The notes under the pieces were generated by a model that was not told the DNA's origin, searched no databases, and was given only the letters and a program-made list of their open reading frames with translations. Made by a program: the position numbers and the translations under genes. From contig CAJUOC010000002.1 of assembly GCA_910587925.1 (NCBI GenBank), positions 16,303-80,302 of the forward strand: a DNA stretch of 64,000 nt, in the 5' to 3' direction. Positions 1-9,640 of this stretch are shown here, one piece after another (the stretch's first letter is position 1; each line of letters opens with the position of its first letter). Source of the stretch: an uncultured Muribaculaceae bacterium. GTDB taxonomy: Bacteria > Bacteroidota > Bacteroidia > Bacteroidales > Muribaculaceae.

Positions 1-2490
1 TTTGACGCCTACGTGGGCTGGCGCAAGCTCGCCAACAAGATCGACGTGCTCTCGACCGAGGAGTTTGTCCTCGCCGACTACGAGCGTACTTTGGGCGGCC
101 TCACCACCTCCGAGACACAGATGAACTCCTGGCAGCAGCGCTACGGCGGCTTTGCCGACATCCACACCAACTACGGCAACCGTCCCGGCATCGACTGGCT
201 CGACGAGACCATGGGCCGCACCACCACCACCCAGAGCTACCGCGTGGGCATCCAGGGCGGTACCAAGGGCCTCAACTACTATGTATCATACGGCTACTTC
301 GACGACGAGGGCGCCATGGTATACTCCGGCTCCAACAAGCACAGCATCTCGGCCAACATCCGCGCCGACATCTCCAAGCGCGTGAGCTTCAACGGCCGCA
401 TCAACTACGATGTGCAGAAGATCTACGGCTCCGGCGTGGCCGGCAACGGTACCAACACCGGCGGCTCCAACGTCGATGCCCGCTTCAACAAGCTCACCCA
501 GATATTTTGGTACCGTCCCACCATCGGTATCCAGGGCTCCGACGACCAGCTCCGCTATACCAACGACCCCATCCTCGAGGACGACTCGGGCAATACCATG
601 GTAAACCCCCTGCTCGGCGCGGCCTCGGAGCGTGACGACCGCAAGATACGTACCCTCCAGGCATCGGCCACCCTTACCCTCAAGCTCGGCAAGGGCTGGA
701 CGTTCCGCTCCACCAACGGTACCCGCTACCAGAATACCCGCCGCGACCTCTTCTACGGTCCCAACTCCATCATCGGTCGCCGCCAGGGCATCAACGGCCG
801 TGTGCGCTACACCGAGGCCGGCTCCTTCTCGACATCCAACGTGCTCTCCTACGACCGCCGCTTCAAGAAGATCCACCACGTGACCTTCCAGCTCGGCCAG
901 GAGTTTGTAAAGCGCTGGACTCAGTACATGGAGGCAGGCGTGCAAAATCTGCCCACCGACGACTTCCTGCTCAACGACATGAGCCTCGGCACGCCCTCGA
1001 CCGTATCGTCGAGCTACAACGACGACGACAAGCTCATCTCCTTCTTTGGCCGTCTCGGCTACGACTACGACTCGCGATACATCTTCACCGCCACATTCCG
1101 TGCCGACGGAAGCTCGAAATTCGGTAAAAACAACAAGTGGGGCTACTTCCCCGCCGTATCGGGTGCCTGGCGTATCAGCGACGAGGCATTCATGGACGAC
1201 CTGGAATGGCTCTCCGACCTCAAGCTCCGCGCAGGTTACGGTCTGGCCGGTAACAACCGTATCGGCTCATACAACTCGCTGGCCCTGATGAACAGTATCC
1301 TCACCGCCGTCGGCGACGGTACCGTGCCCGGCTATGCCGCCACTCAGATACCCAACCCCGACCTGAAGTGGGAGTCAAACAAGACCTTCAACCTCGGTCT
1401 CGACATGGGATTCTTCAACCAGCGCCTCACCATCTCGCCCGAGTTCTACATCAACCGCTCCAACAATCTGCTGCTCAACGCGCAGCTCCCGTACTCCTCG
1501 GGCTACCAGACCATGCTCATCAATGCCGGCTCGACCAAGAATGTCGGCGTCGACATCTCCATCAACTCGGTCAATATTTCCAACCGCAACTTCCAGTGGA
1601 CCTCCACCCTCACTCTTACCCACAATAAGAATACGGTGACCCAGCTCGTGGGCGGCGACCGCCAGCTCTACGAGGCCAAGTATGGCAACAACATCAACAC
1701 CCACCTCCTCGAGGTAGGCTCGCCCATCGGCCAGTTCTACGGCTGGAAGACCGCCGGTCTCTACCAGGTAGAAGACTTCGACTACAACCCCCGCACCAAG
1801 ACCTACACCCTCAAAGACGGCATACCCTACCACGGCAACAAGGAGCAGATCAAGCCCGGCCACTGGAAGTTTGTCGACATCGACGGCAACGGCACCGTGG
1901 GCGAGGAAGACCGTACCGTCATCGGCCAGGCCGCTCCCAAGCTCTACGGCGGTTTCAACAACCAGCTCAACTGGCGCGGCTTCGACCTGAGCGTGTTCCT
2001 CACTTTCAGCCTCGGCAACGACGTGTACAACGCCACCAAGGACAAGGCCACCCGTATCGGTAAGCAGAATGAAAACGCCCTCGACGTCGTAAACAGCTCC
2101 AACCGCTGGATGACCATCAACTCCCAGGGCCAGATTGTGACCGACCCCAATGAGCTCGCCGCCCTCAACGCCGGCAAGACCATGCCCGCCTACACCGACC
2201 TGATGTCTGCCTCCAACTACGTGCACTCATGGTTTGTCGAGGATGCGTCGTACCTCAAGCTGAGCAATATCACCTTTGGCTACACCCTCGAAAACAAGCC
2301 CTACCTCAAGAAAGTGGGCCTCACCAAAGTACGTATCTTCTTTACCGGCAACAACCTTGCCACCTGGACCAAGTACACCGGCTTTGACCCCGAGGTATCG
2401 ACAATGCGCTCGCCCCTCACTCCCGGTGTCGACTTCGGCGCCTATCCTCTGAGCCGCACCTATCTCTTCGGCGCTAACCTCGTATTCTGA
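1..2490 (+). CDS. susC: SusC/RagA-family TonB-dependent outer membrane receptor (5'-truncated by window edge)
   Basis: Open from the window start. SusC-type motifs FRADGSSKFG, WGYFPAVSGAW, NPDLKWE and VEDASYLKL, a C-terminal Phe, and a SusD gene immediately downstream. Confidence 0.95.
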   Translation, partial: FDAYVGWRKLANKIDVLSTEEFVLADYERTLGGLTTSETQMNSWQQRYGGFADIHTNYGNRPGIDWLDETMGRTTTTQSYRVGIQGGTKGLNYYVSYGYFDDEGAMVYSGSNKHSISANIRADISKRVSFNGRINYDVQKIYGSGVAGNGTNTGGSNVDARFNKLTQIFWYRPTIGIQGSDDQLRYTNDPILEDDSGNTMVNPLLGAASERDDRKIRTLQASATLTLKLGKGWTFRSTNGTRYQNTRRDLFYGPNSIIGRRQGINGRVRYTEAGSFSTSNVLSYDRRFKKIHHVTFQLGQEFVKRWTQYMEAGVQNLPTDDFLLNDMSLGTPSTVSSSYNDDDKLISFFGRLGYDYDSRYIFTATFRADGSSKFGKNNKWGYFPAVSGAWRISDEAFMDDLEWLSDLKLRAGYGLAGNNRIGSYNSLALMNSILTAVGDGTVPGYAATQIPNPDLKWESNKTFNLGLDMGFFNQRLTISPEFYINRSNNLLLNAQLPYSSGYQTMLINAGSTKNVGVDISINSVNISNRNFQWTSTLTLTHNKNTVTQLVGGDRQLYEAKYGNNINTHLLEVGSPIGQFYGWKTAGLYQVEDFDYNPRTKTYTLKDGIPYHGNKEQIKPGHWKFVDIDGNGTVGEEDRTVIGQAAPKLYGGFNNQLNWRGFDLSVFLTFSLGNDVYNATKDKATRIGKQNENALDVVNSSNRWMTINSQGQIVTDPNELAALNAGKTMPAYTDLMSASNYVHSWFVEDASYLKLSNITFGYTLENKPYLKKVGLTKVRIFFTGNNLATWTKYTGFDPEVSTMRSPLTPGVDFGAYPLSRTYLFGANLVF

Positions 2491-2498
2491 TACCCGCA

Positions 2499-4196
2499 AT
2501 GAAAGCAATCTTAAAATACATACCGATGTGCCTCGCCGCCGCCATGCTCTGGTCGTGCGAGGACACCCTCACCGAGAAGCCTTCGTCGGGCTACGACAAG
2601 GACACCTACTTCCAGGACGCCTCCAAGGCCGACATGGCCATCCTCGGCATCCTCCAGTCGATATCCGACCCCAACAATTACGGCAACACCGAGATATATC
2701 TCAACGGCGCCGACGACGCCGTGCACTCCAACCGCGGCGTGGCCCGCGACAACATGCGCGACCTCTGCAATTACCTGGTCACATCCACCAACAGCGATGT
2801 CGAGAATGCCTGGCGCCTCAAGTATCAGGCCCTCGACCGCGCCAATACCGCCGTGGCCGGTATAGAAGGCATGGCCGACTATACCACCAATGAGGAAATC
2901 CGCCGCCTCGGCGCGGAAGCCCGCTTCTGGCGCGCCTTCGTGTCTTTTGATCTGATACGCGCCTGGGGCGACGTGCCTTACACCACCGAGCCCTCGGGCG
3001 CCGGCTACGAGGCATACTTCCGCCCCCGCACTCCCCGCGAGCAGATCTACGACCAGATATGTGAGGACCTCGACAATGCCTGCTCGTACCTGCCCTGGGC
3101 CGACGCTTCGTCGACACCCGAGCGTGCCACCCAAGGCGCCGCCCACGCTCTCTACATGCGTGTGCTCATGCAGCGCGCCGGATACTCGCTCCAGCTCGAC
3201 GGTACTTTCTCGCGCCCCTCGGGCTCGCTCCGCCGCGACTATTACAGCAAGTGTCTCGAGCACTGGCAGGCCATCGAGGACAATGGCTACCACGGCTTCT
3301 ACGACGCCGGCTACGAGAAACTCTGGCAAGACATCTCGGCCAGCATCCTCAACTCCAAGGAAAACTTCTTCGATGTGGCATCATACCAGGATACCGGCCG
3401 CCGCAACGGCTCGGGCTGGGGCGTGTACAACAGCCCCGTCACCGCCCAGCCCACCGGCGTCTCATCAGCCGAGGCTGCCAATCTGATGGGCCGTGGCCAG
3501 GGCTTCTTCTCCGTAATCCCCGAGTGGCAGGAGCTGTATGAGGCAGGCGACGTGCGCCGCGACATCAATATCTGCACTTACCGCTACCAGTGGGACTCCG
3601 CCGCCAAGCAGCACGTAAAGCAGGAGCGTACCGCCCAGAATGGCTGGTACATCGGCAAGTGGCGCCGCGAGTGGATGGCCGAGGGCCGCAAGAATGTCTA
3701 CATGAACTATGGCGACATCAACTTCTGCCCCATGCGCTACCCCGACGCTGTGCTCCTCGCCGCCGAGGCTTACAACGAGCTCGGCCAGCCCGACCAGGCC
3801 TGGCCCCTCATCAACCGTGTGCGCGAGCGCGCCGGCGCCACCCCCGTCACCACTGCCAATTACAAGCAGATTGTCACCAACAAGTATCTTAAGAAATTCC
3901 CCGTCGACTTCCTCGACGATGCCGGTGAGCAGGGCCAGGTACGTGTGCTGCTCTACTTCGAGCGCGCCCTCGAGCTCATGGGCGAGAGCGGCCTGCGCAA
4001 GTACGACCTGGTGCGCTGGAATTGCCTCGGCCCGGCCATGAAGATGGTAGCCGGCGTGTCGATCACCCACGCCAAGACCAAAAACTACTCCTGCGCCGAC
4101 AACTTCATCCACGGTCAGCACGAGCTGCTCCCCATCCCCCTGCGCGAGATTCAGAGCAACCACTCCCTGCAGGGTATCAACAACCCCGGCTATTGA
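2499..4196 (+). CDS. susD: SusD/RagB-family surface lipoprotein
   Basis: Lipoprotein signal (AAAMLWSC). SusD motifs EARFWRA, WGDVP, RYPDAVLLAAEAYNE, INRVRERAG, ERALELMGE and terminal NPGY. Confidence 0.95.
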   Translation: MKAILKYIPMCLAAAMLWSCEDTLTEKPSSGYDKDTYFQDASKADMAILGILQSISDPNNYGNTEIYLNGADDAVHSNRGVARDNMRDLCNYLVTSTNSDVENAWRLKYQALDRANTAVAGIEGMADYTTNEEIRRLGAEARFWRAFVSFDLIRAWGDVPYTTEPSGAGYEAYFRPRTPREQIYDQICEDLDNACSYLPWADASSTPERATQGAAHALYMRVLMQRAGYSLQLDGTFSRPSGSLRRDYYSKCLEHWQAIEDNGYHGFYDAGYEKLWQDISASILNSKENFFDVASYQDTGRRNGSGWGVYNSPVTAQPTGVSSAEAANLMGRGQGFFSVIPEWQELYEAGDVRRDINICTYRYQWDSAAKQHVKQERTAQNGWYIGKWRREWMAEGRKNVYMNYGDINFCPMRYPDAVLLAAEAYNELGQPDQAWPLINRVRERAGATPVTTANYKQIVTNKYLKKFPVDFLDDAGEQGQVRVLLYFERALELMGESGLRKYDLVRWNCLGPAMKMVAGVSITHAKTKNYSCADNFIHGQHELLPIPLREIQSNHSLQGINNPGY

Positions 4197-4223
4197 TACC
4201 AGTACTTTAAAGATAGCTTGCCC

Positions 4224-4262
4224 AAGAGCCACGCCCCCTCCCCGGCGGCGTGGCTCTTTTTT
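4224..4262 (+). terminator. Rho-independent terminator after susD
   Basis: 12-bp stem aagagccacgcc / ggcgtggctctt followed by a T-tract. Confidence 0.85.
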
Positions 4263-4287
4263 GTATGCCGGTGCGGTGATTTTTTAG

Positions 4288-4295
4288 TACATTTG
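4288..4295 (+). promoter_or_regulatory. Bacteroidetes sigma-A -7 element (TACATTTG)
   Basis: Matches TAnnTTTG, 18 nt upstream of the antiporter ATG. Confidence 0.6.
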
Positions 4296-4313
4296 CCGGC
4301 AAAGGATTTTGAT

Positions 4314-5267
4314 ATGGATTATATATGGCTTGTGGCCGGGCTTGTGCTCATACTGCTCGGCGCAAATATGCTCACCGACGGCGCCTCGGCGCTCGCCCGC
4401 CGCTGGGGAGTGTCAGACCTTGTGATAGGTCTCACGGTAGTGGCTTTCGGCACATCGGCGCCTGAGCTGGTCATCAGTCTGATGTCGGCCGTCGAGGGCC
4501 ACGCCGAGCTGGCAGTGGGCAATGTCGTGGGCAGCAATATATTCAATGTGCTGGCAATCGTCGGCATCACCGCGCTTGTGCGGCCCATACCGGTGCAGCG
4601 CAGTGTGATAGGCGTCGATATACCCATGGTGGTGCTGTCGGCGCTGGTATTGCTCGCGCTGGGCTGCGGCCCGTGGCTGGGCGACGGCGACGGGCGGGTG
4701 CTGTGGCGCGCCGACGGTATAGTGCTGCTGATGTTCTTTGCCATATTCATGCGCTACACCTTTGCCCAGGCAAAGACGGGTGCGGCCGAGGCAGATACCG
4801 CCGTAAAGCCGATGCCCGTGGTGCGCTCGCTGCTGTGGGTCGTGCTGGGGCTGGCCGGGCTGGTGGCAGGCGGCGACAGATTTGTGGCGGGTGCCTCGGC
4901 CATCGCCTCGGCGTTGGGCGTGAGCGACGCCGTCATCGGACTCACCGTGGTGGCCGCCGGCACCTCGTTGCCCGAGCTGGCCACCTCTGTGGTATCGGCC
5001 GTAAAAGGCAAGCCCGGTATCGCCATCGGCAATGTCATCGGCAGCAACATATTCAACATCTTCATGGTGCTGGGCCTGTCGGCCACGGTGCGGCCGCTGC
5101 CCTTCGGCGACATAGGTCCCGTCGACCTGCTCGTGCTTACGGCCGCCTGCGTGGCATTCTGGATAGTCGCGCGCTTCTTCAAGTCGTGCACCGTGAGCCG
5201 GGCCGAGGGCGCCGTCATGGCCTCCGCCTACGTGGCATACACCGCCTGGCTCGTCATCAACGCCTGA
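4314..5267 (+). CDS. Calcium/sodium antiporter (CaCA family, YrbG-like)
   Basis: Two alpha repeats, GTSAPE...GNVVGSNIFN and GTSLPE...GNVIGSNIFN, with about 10 TM helices. Start moved to the ATG at 4314. Confidence 0.92.
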   Translation: MDYIWLVAGLVLILLGANMLTDGASALARRWGVSDLVIGLTVVAFGTSAPELVISLMSAVEGHAELAVGNVVGSNIFNVLAIVGITALVRPIPVQRSVIGVDIPMVVLSALVLLALGCGPWLGDGDGRVLWRADGIVLLMFFAIFMRYTFAQAKTGAAEADTAVKPMPVVRSLLWVVLGLAGLVAGGDRFVAGASAIASALGVSDAVIGLTVVAAGTSLPELATSVVSAVKGKPGIAIGNVIGSNIFNIFMVLGLSATVRPLPFGDIGPVDLLVLTAACVAFWIVARFFKSCTVSRAEGAVMASAYVAYTAWLVINA

Positions 5268-5272
5268 TTCCA

Positions 5273-5309
5273 GCACGTGCCTACTGCCTGCCGCCTGCTA
5301 CGCAGGCTT
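5273..5309. repeat. Orphan arm of the REP-like repeat found at 47.8-48.7 kb
   Basis: gcacgtgcctactgcctgccgcctgctacgcaggctt matches 48228-48264 with 2 mismatches. It lies between convergent genes. Confidence 0.85.
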
Positions 5310-5342
5310 ACCAACGCATGTCGTTAGTTGCGTAGCGCGTCA

Positions 5343-7043
5343 TCAGCATCTGATTACGATGTGGGGATGCAGCTGCGGGTCGAGCCACTCCAGCAGCTCC
5401 AGCAGATTGCTCTCCGGCATCGATATGCATCCCGCAGTCCGATGGTCAGACGTGCGGCGGCAATGTATGAATATGGCGCTCCCGGCTCCCGGCACTACCG
5501 GGTCGGTGTTGTAGTCGATGGCGATGGCATGGCGTGTGATGCGGCTGATGAGCATCAGCGGCTCTGAGCGATTGCGGTACATGTGCAGACTGTCGACGAT
5601 GATTCTGTTGTACAGGCTGTCGCTCTGGTCTGTGACCCATACGTGCAGCGGCCCTACCACGGTGTAGAGCAGAGCTGTATTGCAATCGGCCTCGTATCCG
5701 AAGGCGCGGGTAAGACTGTAGATGCCCGCCGGGGTGCGATAGTCGCCCTCACGCTTGCGGCCGACGGGTGCGATGCCTTTGGCGCCGACGTTTACGTCGA
5801 TTGAGGTGCCGATGGCAGTCCACTTGCCGCCGCTTAGCATATAGCGTTGCATCAGAGCCTTGTTGCGGCGTGCGCCCGATGCAGTGACGACCACCAGCTG
5901 GCGGCACGGGTGTCGCTGTCCCATTTTGTCCGGCAGCATCCGGCGTACGTCGCCCGGCAGATTTTCGGCTGAGCGCACTTCATTGATATACCGGCTGATA
6001 AACCCTATGCGCGTTTGTACAAATCCGTCGGCAATACCGGGTATTTCGTTGGCAAACAGGGTATAGTGGCCGATGGCCTCGTTCAGTTCGCCGATGTTGT
6101 GGTTGGCGTATCCGCGATGCTCGTATATGCTGGCGATAATGGCATGGCGCCATGCGCCGGCCGGCGGGTCAGGTATTGAGGCTGTATTTTTGAGACAGTC
6201 GAGTTTCTGCTCGGATGTAAGCTGGCTGTCATGCCACACATTGTTGTCGTAGCTCTCGATATCACCGTCGTATCGGAGGTCTTTCAGTACGATTGCAAGA
6301 CCGTCTATGAGTCCGGCTACATCGGCGCTGATTTTTGCTATAAGCGCGTCTACACACTTTGCCGGGTCGCCGCAATCTGCAATGTTTACGCTGTGGAAGC
6401 GGTTGCTCTCGACATCACCCCGGGATATGACACTGTGCGCGCTGATGGAGCCTGCTGTGTCGCTGCTGAAGATGACAGTCACACTGATATCCTTGTATGA
6501 GGTAAGTGTGGCCCGCAGAGAGCGTGTCACGCTGCGCAGGTCGATGGAAAAATAGTCACCTGAGATACCGAAAGCCTCGTCTTCGGTTTTCACGCGCCCG
6601 CGGCGTCTGCGGGACTCTGAGCCGGGTATGTGTGTATCGGCAATGTTACCCATTGACAATTGACGCAGCTTGATATATACTGAGTCGAGCGCGGCGTTGG
6701 TCTCCATTGCCATGCGCTGCTTGATGTAATCCTCGCTTATACCGTAGTCGCTGAGAAGTTTTGACAGATTTATGCCTTTGAAAATGATTATGTTGTCGTG
6801 TGTCCATACATTGCCGGCAACGATTATCAATACCAGCAGTGTCAGTGCAATAGTCGTAAGCTGTAGATATCTGAGAAGTGTATGTCCGTGGCTCCGGTGT
6901 TTCGTGGCCGGTAAAGGGTCATCGTGATTGTTGCCGCCGTCTGCGGGGTGTAGCCCGGTACGTGGGGCATTTTTTACTTGCTTGCGCTGGGTGGGGTTTC
7001 CCCGGTGATGTCGTAAAAGTCGTTTCTTTGCCATTGCAGTCAT
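5343..7043 (-). CDS. Membrane-anchored L,D-transpeptidase (YkuD-like C-terminal domain) with a long unknown N-terminal region
   Basis: C-terminal KREGDYRTPAG and GSAIFIH-x8-TAGC (catalytic His/Cys), plus one N-proximal TM helix. The start could be 7043 or 7034. Confidence 0.8.
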   Translation of the reverse strand: MTAMAKKRLLRHHRGNPTQRKQVKNAPRTGLHPADGGNNHDDPLPATKHRSHGHTLLRYLQLTTIALTLLVLIIVAGNVWTHDNIIIFKGINLSKLLSDYGISEDYIKQRMAMETNAALDSVYIKLRQLSMGNIADTHIPGSESRRRRGRVKTEDEAFGISGDYFSIDLRSVTRSLRATLTSYKDISVTVIFSSDTAGSISAHSVISRGDVESNRFHSVNIADCGDPAKCVDALIAKISADVAGLIDGLAIVLKDLRYDGDIESYDNNVWHDSQLTSEQKLDCLKNTASIPDPPAGAWRHAIIASIYEHRGYANHNIGELNEAIGHYTLFANEIPGIADGFVQTRIGFISRYINEVRSAENLPGDVRRMLPDKMGQRHPCRQLVVVTASGARRNKALMQRYMLSGGKWTAIGTSIDVNVGAKGIAPVGRKREGDYRTPAGIYSLTRAFGYEADCNTALLYTVVGPLHVWVTDQSDSLYNRIIVDSLHMYRNRSEPLMLISRITRHAIAIDYNTDPVVPGAGSAIFIHCRRTSDHRTAGCISMPESNLLELLEWLDPQLHPHIVIRC

Positions 7044-7060
7044 AGATTGAGATTAAATGC

Positions 7061-7095
7061 CAAAAAAAGCGCTCCGGCAGGTAGGCCCGGAGCGC
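7061..7095 (-). terminator. Rho-independent terminator after the SIMPL gene
   Basis: 9-bp stem gcgctccgg/ccggagcgc with a T7 tract on the minus strand. Confidence 0.8.
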
Positions 7096-7147
7096 GTATT
7101 CCATCCCGTGGAAAATGCGGTGAGTCTTGTCTATGGTGTCATCGATG

Positions 7148-7861
7148 TCAGTGCTCGAGGGCGTAGGTGATGGAGGTCACGACGCGGATGTTTTTGATGT
7201 AGGGGGTGTACTGGTCGCGGTCTTCGATGGTAAACTGCCCCTGCGATGCGGTCTGTATCTTGCCCAGGCTGCTGTGTGAGTCGGCGGCAAAGCGGTCGGC
7301 GGCGGTACGGGCGGCCTCGGTTGCCTCGGCTATCATCTCGGGCTTGATTTCGTTGAGCTTGGTATACTCGTAGCTGGTCTGGTACTGATAGTCGCCGGCG
7401 ACCACCGCGATGCCCTGGCGCATCAGCTCGGGCTGCTTGTCGATGAGCGACTTTACGAGCTTGACTTGCTCGGAGCTGACGACGATGACGTTGGTCACCA
7501 GGTAGCGTGAGCGCACCTGGCTCTCGTTGGAGTAGGTATTGGCCACGCGGTCTTCGACCTGGGGCGGATTGATGCTGAACTCGTCTTCTTTCAGGCCGTT
7601 GGCTTTCAGGAAGGCGGTGATTTTGGCGTTGGTGGTCTGGATGCGGTTGTAGATATCGATGAGGTCGTTGCCCATCTCCTTGGTGACGATGGGCCACGTG
7701 ACGGAGTTGGCTTCCACAGAGCGCTCGCTCAGGCCGCGCACGGTCACCTGGCGGCCGCGGTTGGCGATATTGTCGATGCCGCCTTTGATGAAGATGCCCA
7801 GCAGGAGCAGGCCGGCGCAAAGGAGTGACGCGCCGATGACGCGTGATAAGTCGAGTTTCAT
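7148..7861 (-). CDS. SIMPL (DUF541) domain protein
   Basis: N-terminal TM. Motifs VTVRGLSER, KPEMIAEATEAARTAADRFA and LGKIQTASQGQFTI. Confidence 0.85.
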   Translation of the reverse strand: MKLDLSRVIGASLLCAGLLLLGIFIKGGIDNIANRGRQVTVRGLSERSVEANSVTWPIVTKEMGNDLIDIYNRIQTTNAKITAFLKANGLKEDEFSINPPQVEDRVANTYSNESQVRSRYLVTNVIVVSSEQVKLVKSLIDKQPELMRQGIAVVAGDYQYQTSYEYTKLNEIKPEMIAEATEAARTAADRFAADSHSSLGKIQTASQGQFTIEDRDQYTPYIKNIRVVTSITYALEH

Positions 7862-8029
7862 AGTCGGGGGTGTGTTTTATTTGTCGCGGCTAAGATAAGC
7901 AGTTTGGATGACAAAAGCAAATTTTAAATATGTAGGACATGTAGGTCAGAGATGCAACATTACAACAATCGCCGCGGCGCTGATGTTCAATCTTGCGGGG
8001 GCGGGAAAGTTTTTGTTAATTTGCAAGCG

Positions 8030-8932
8030 ATGACTTACCGCAAATACCGCACGCTCCGCCGCGCGCGTATCATCGTGTCGCTGGTGTTGATGCTCGCCCT
8101 TACGGCCGCCCTGGCCGCGGGACGCGACAGTCTGCTGTCGCGCTGGCAGATAGTGCCGGCGCTGATGGCGAGCGCGCTGCTGTGGATAGTGCTGTGGGTG
8201 GCTGTCACTCTGCTGCTGGGGCGGGTGTACTGCTCCGGCATATGCCCGCTGGGCACGCTCCAGGATATGTTTATCGCTGTGAGCCGCCGCCGGCGGCGCG
8301 GTTTTTTCTACCGCACGGGGCGCCCTGCGGTGCGCGTGGCCATCGCGGCGGTGGCTCTCGGGGCCTTGCTGCTGGGTATGGGACGGGTGGTGGAGGCGCT
8401 CGACCCCGCGGCCGCATACAGGCGTATGGTGGAGTGTCTGGGGCGGCCGCTTGTACGAGGCACGGCCGTGGCGGCGGGCGGCGCGGTGATGGCCGCGCTG
8501 GTGCTGGGGGCGGTGGCCGTATGCTCGCTTGCCCGGGGCCGGCTGATATGCAATACGGTGTGCCCGGTGGGGACGCTGCTCGGGGCGCTGTCGCGCTACT
8601 CGCTGTATCATATGGATATCGACACCGACCGCTGCATCGGATGCGGCGAGTGTGTGCGCCGCTGCAAGGCCGAGTGCATCGACCCGTCGGCGCATACGGT
8701 CGATGTGACCCGCTGTGTGGTGTGTTTCGACTGCGCGGCTGCTTGCCCGGCGTCGGCGCTCAGATACCGCCGCGGCCGCCATCGCCTGCAGATGCCGCTG
8801 CCGGTGTTGCCCGCGGCGCAGGCGGCCGTCAAGGCTGCCGTCGCCAAGCCGCTTGCAAAGAGTGCGGCGCTCTATAGCGCCCGCGGCGTGAGCCGGGCCA
8901 GCGATGGTACCGAGTCGAGCCAGGCGGAGTAG
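8030..8932 (+). CDS. Membrane-bound 4Fe-4S binding protein (NapH/MauN/YccM-like)
   Basis: Two GR-x-x-CxxxCP motifs and two CxxCxxCxxxC ferredoxin motifs, with hydrophobic helices. Start taken at the ATG at 8030. Confidence 0.8.
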   Translation: MTYRKYRTLRRARIIVSLVLMLALTAALAAGRDSLLSRWQIVPALMASALLWIVLWVAVTLLLGRVYCSGICPLGTLQDMFIAVSRRRRRGFFYRTGRPAVRVAIAAVALGALLLGMGRVVEALDPAAAYRRMVECLGRPLVRGTAVAAGGAVMAALVLGAVAVCSLARGRLICNTVCPVGTLLGALSRYSLYHMDIDTDRCIGCGECVRRCKAECIDPSAHTVDVTRCVVCFDCAAACPASALRYRRGRHRLQMPLPVLPAAQAAVKAAVAKPLAKSAALYSARGVSRASDGTESSQAE

Positions 8933-9630
8933 GGGGCGCGGCGGGGACTGTTGTAGGTCGAGATGTCGACCGGGCCGCGCACGCCGTCCACGCGTCCGAT
9001 GTGGCTGTGCTGCCACAGCGTCCAGCGCGATTGGTCGGCCAGGGGTGGATTGGTAAATGAGCATATCCACAGGGTCACGTCGTCGAAGCGTCCGCGGATG
9101 AAGCGGTAATACCCGTTTTTATTGGTATAAATCATAGGCTCGCGGCCGTTTTGCCGCAGCAGCTCCACGAGCGAGCGCAGGTTGGCCACCACCTCGGCGG
9201 TGGTGGCGTCGGGCGGATTGGCCCACTCCTCCACGTCTATCGCCACGGGCAGGTCGAGGTGGCGCGCTCCCAGCGCGCGCAGTATGTTGACGCTCTGGCG
9301 CCATCCGTCGACATCGAAGCGGAAAAAGTGGTATGCGCCCACGTGCAGCCCCGCGTCCATCGCGGCGGCATAGTTGCGCTCAAAGAGCGAGTCGCGCCAG
9401 GTGGCGCCCTCGCTGGCCTTGAGCATGGCAAAGTCGATACCGGCGTCGGCGACGCGGCTGAAATCGACGCGGCCGTTGTGGGCCGACAGGTCGATACCCC
9501 TCACGGGATATTCGGCCGGGTCGATGCCCACAGCGGCGCGCGATCCTCTGAGCAGGCGCGGCAGCATGGCGCCGCCTATGGTGGTGGCGGCGACTGCGAT
9601 GAGTATTATGGCTGCCGTGCGTGCTTTCAT
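8872..9630 (-). CDS. GH25 lysozyme/muramidase
   Basis: GIDLSAHNG, KASEG, GAYHFF, DVE and WQHS...DIS motifs, with an N-terminal anchor or signal. Confidence 0.9.
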   Translation of the reverse strand: MKARTAAIILIAVAATTIGGAMLPRLLRGSRAAVGIDPAEYPVRGIDLSAHNGRVDFSRVADAGIDFAMLKASEGATWRDSLFERNYAAAMDAGLHVGAYHFFRFDVDGWRQSVNILRALGARHLDLPVAIDVEEWANPPDATTAEVVANLRSLVELLRQNGREPMIYTNKNGYYRFIRGRFDDVTLWICSFTNPPLADQSRWTLWQHSHIGRVDGVRGPVDISTYNSPRRAPYSAWLDSVPSLARLTPRAL

Positions 9631-9640
9631 ATGCAGTCGT

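Noticed and set aside
4218..4313. Extended N-termini in the ORF track (also for folB, prfA, DPP-IV, ribD, GT4, sod, parE and others)
   Set aside because: They run through terminators, promoters or neighbouring genes. Downstream ATGs give proper family N-termini or signal peptides.
8872..9630. Prophage lysis gene
   Set aside because: The GH25 gene has an N-terminal anchor and sits in a housekeeping run, with no holin, structural or integrase genes nearby.
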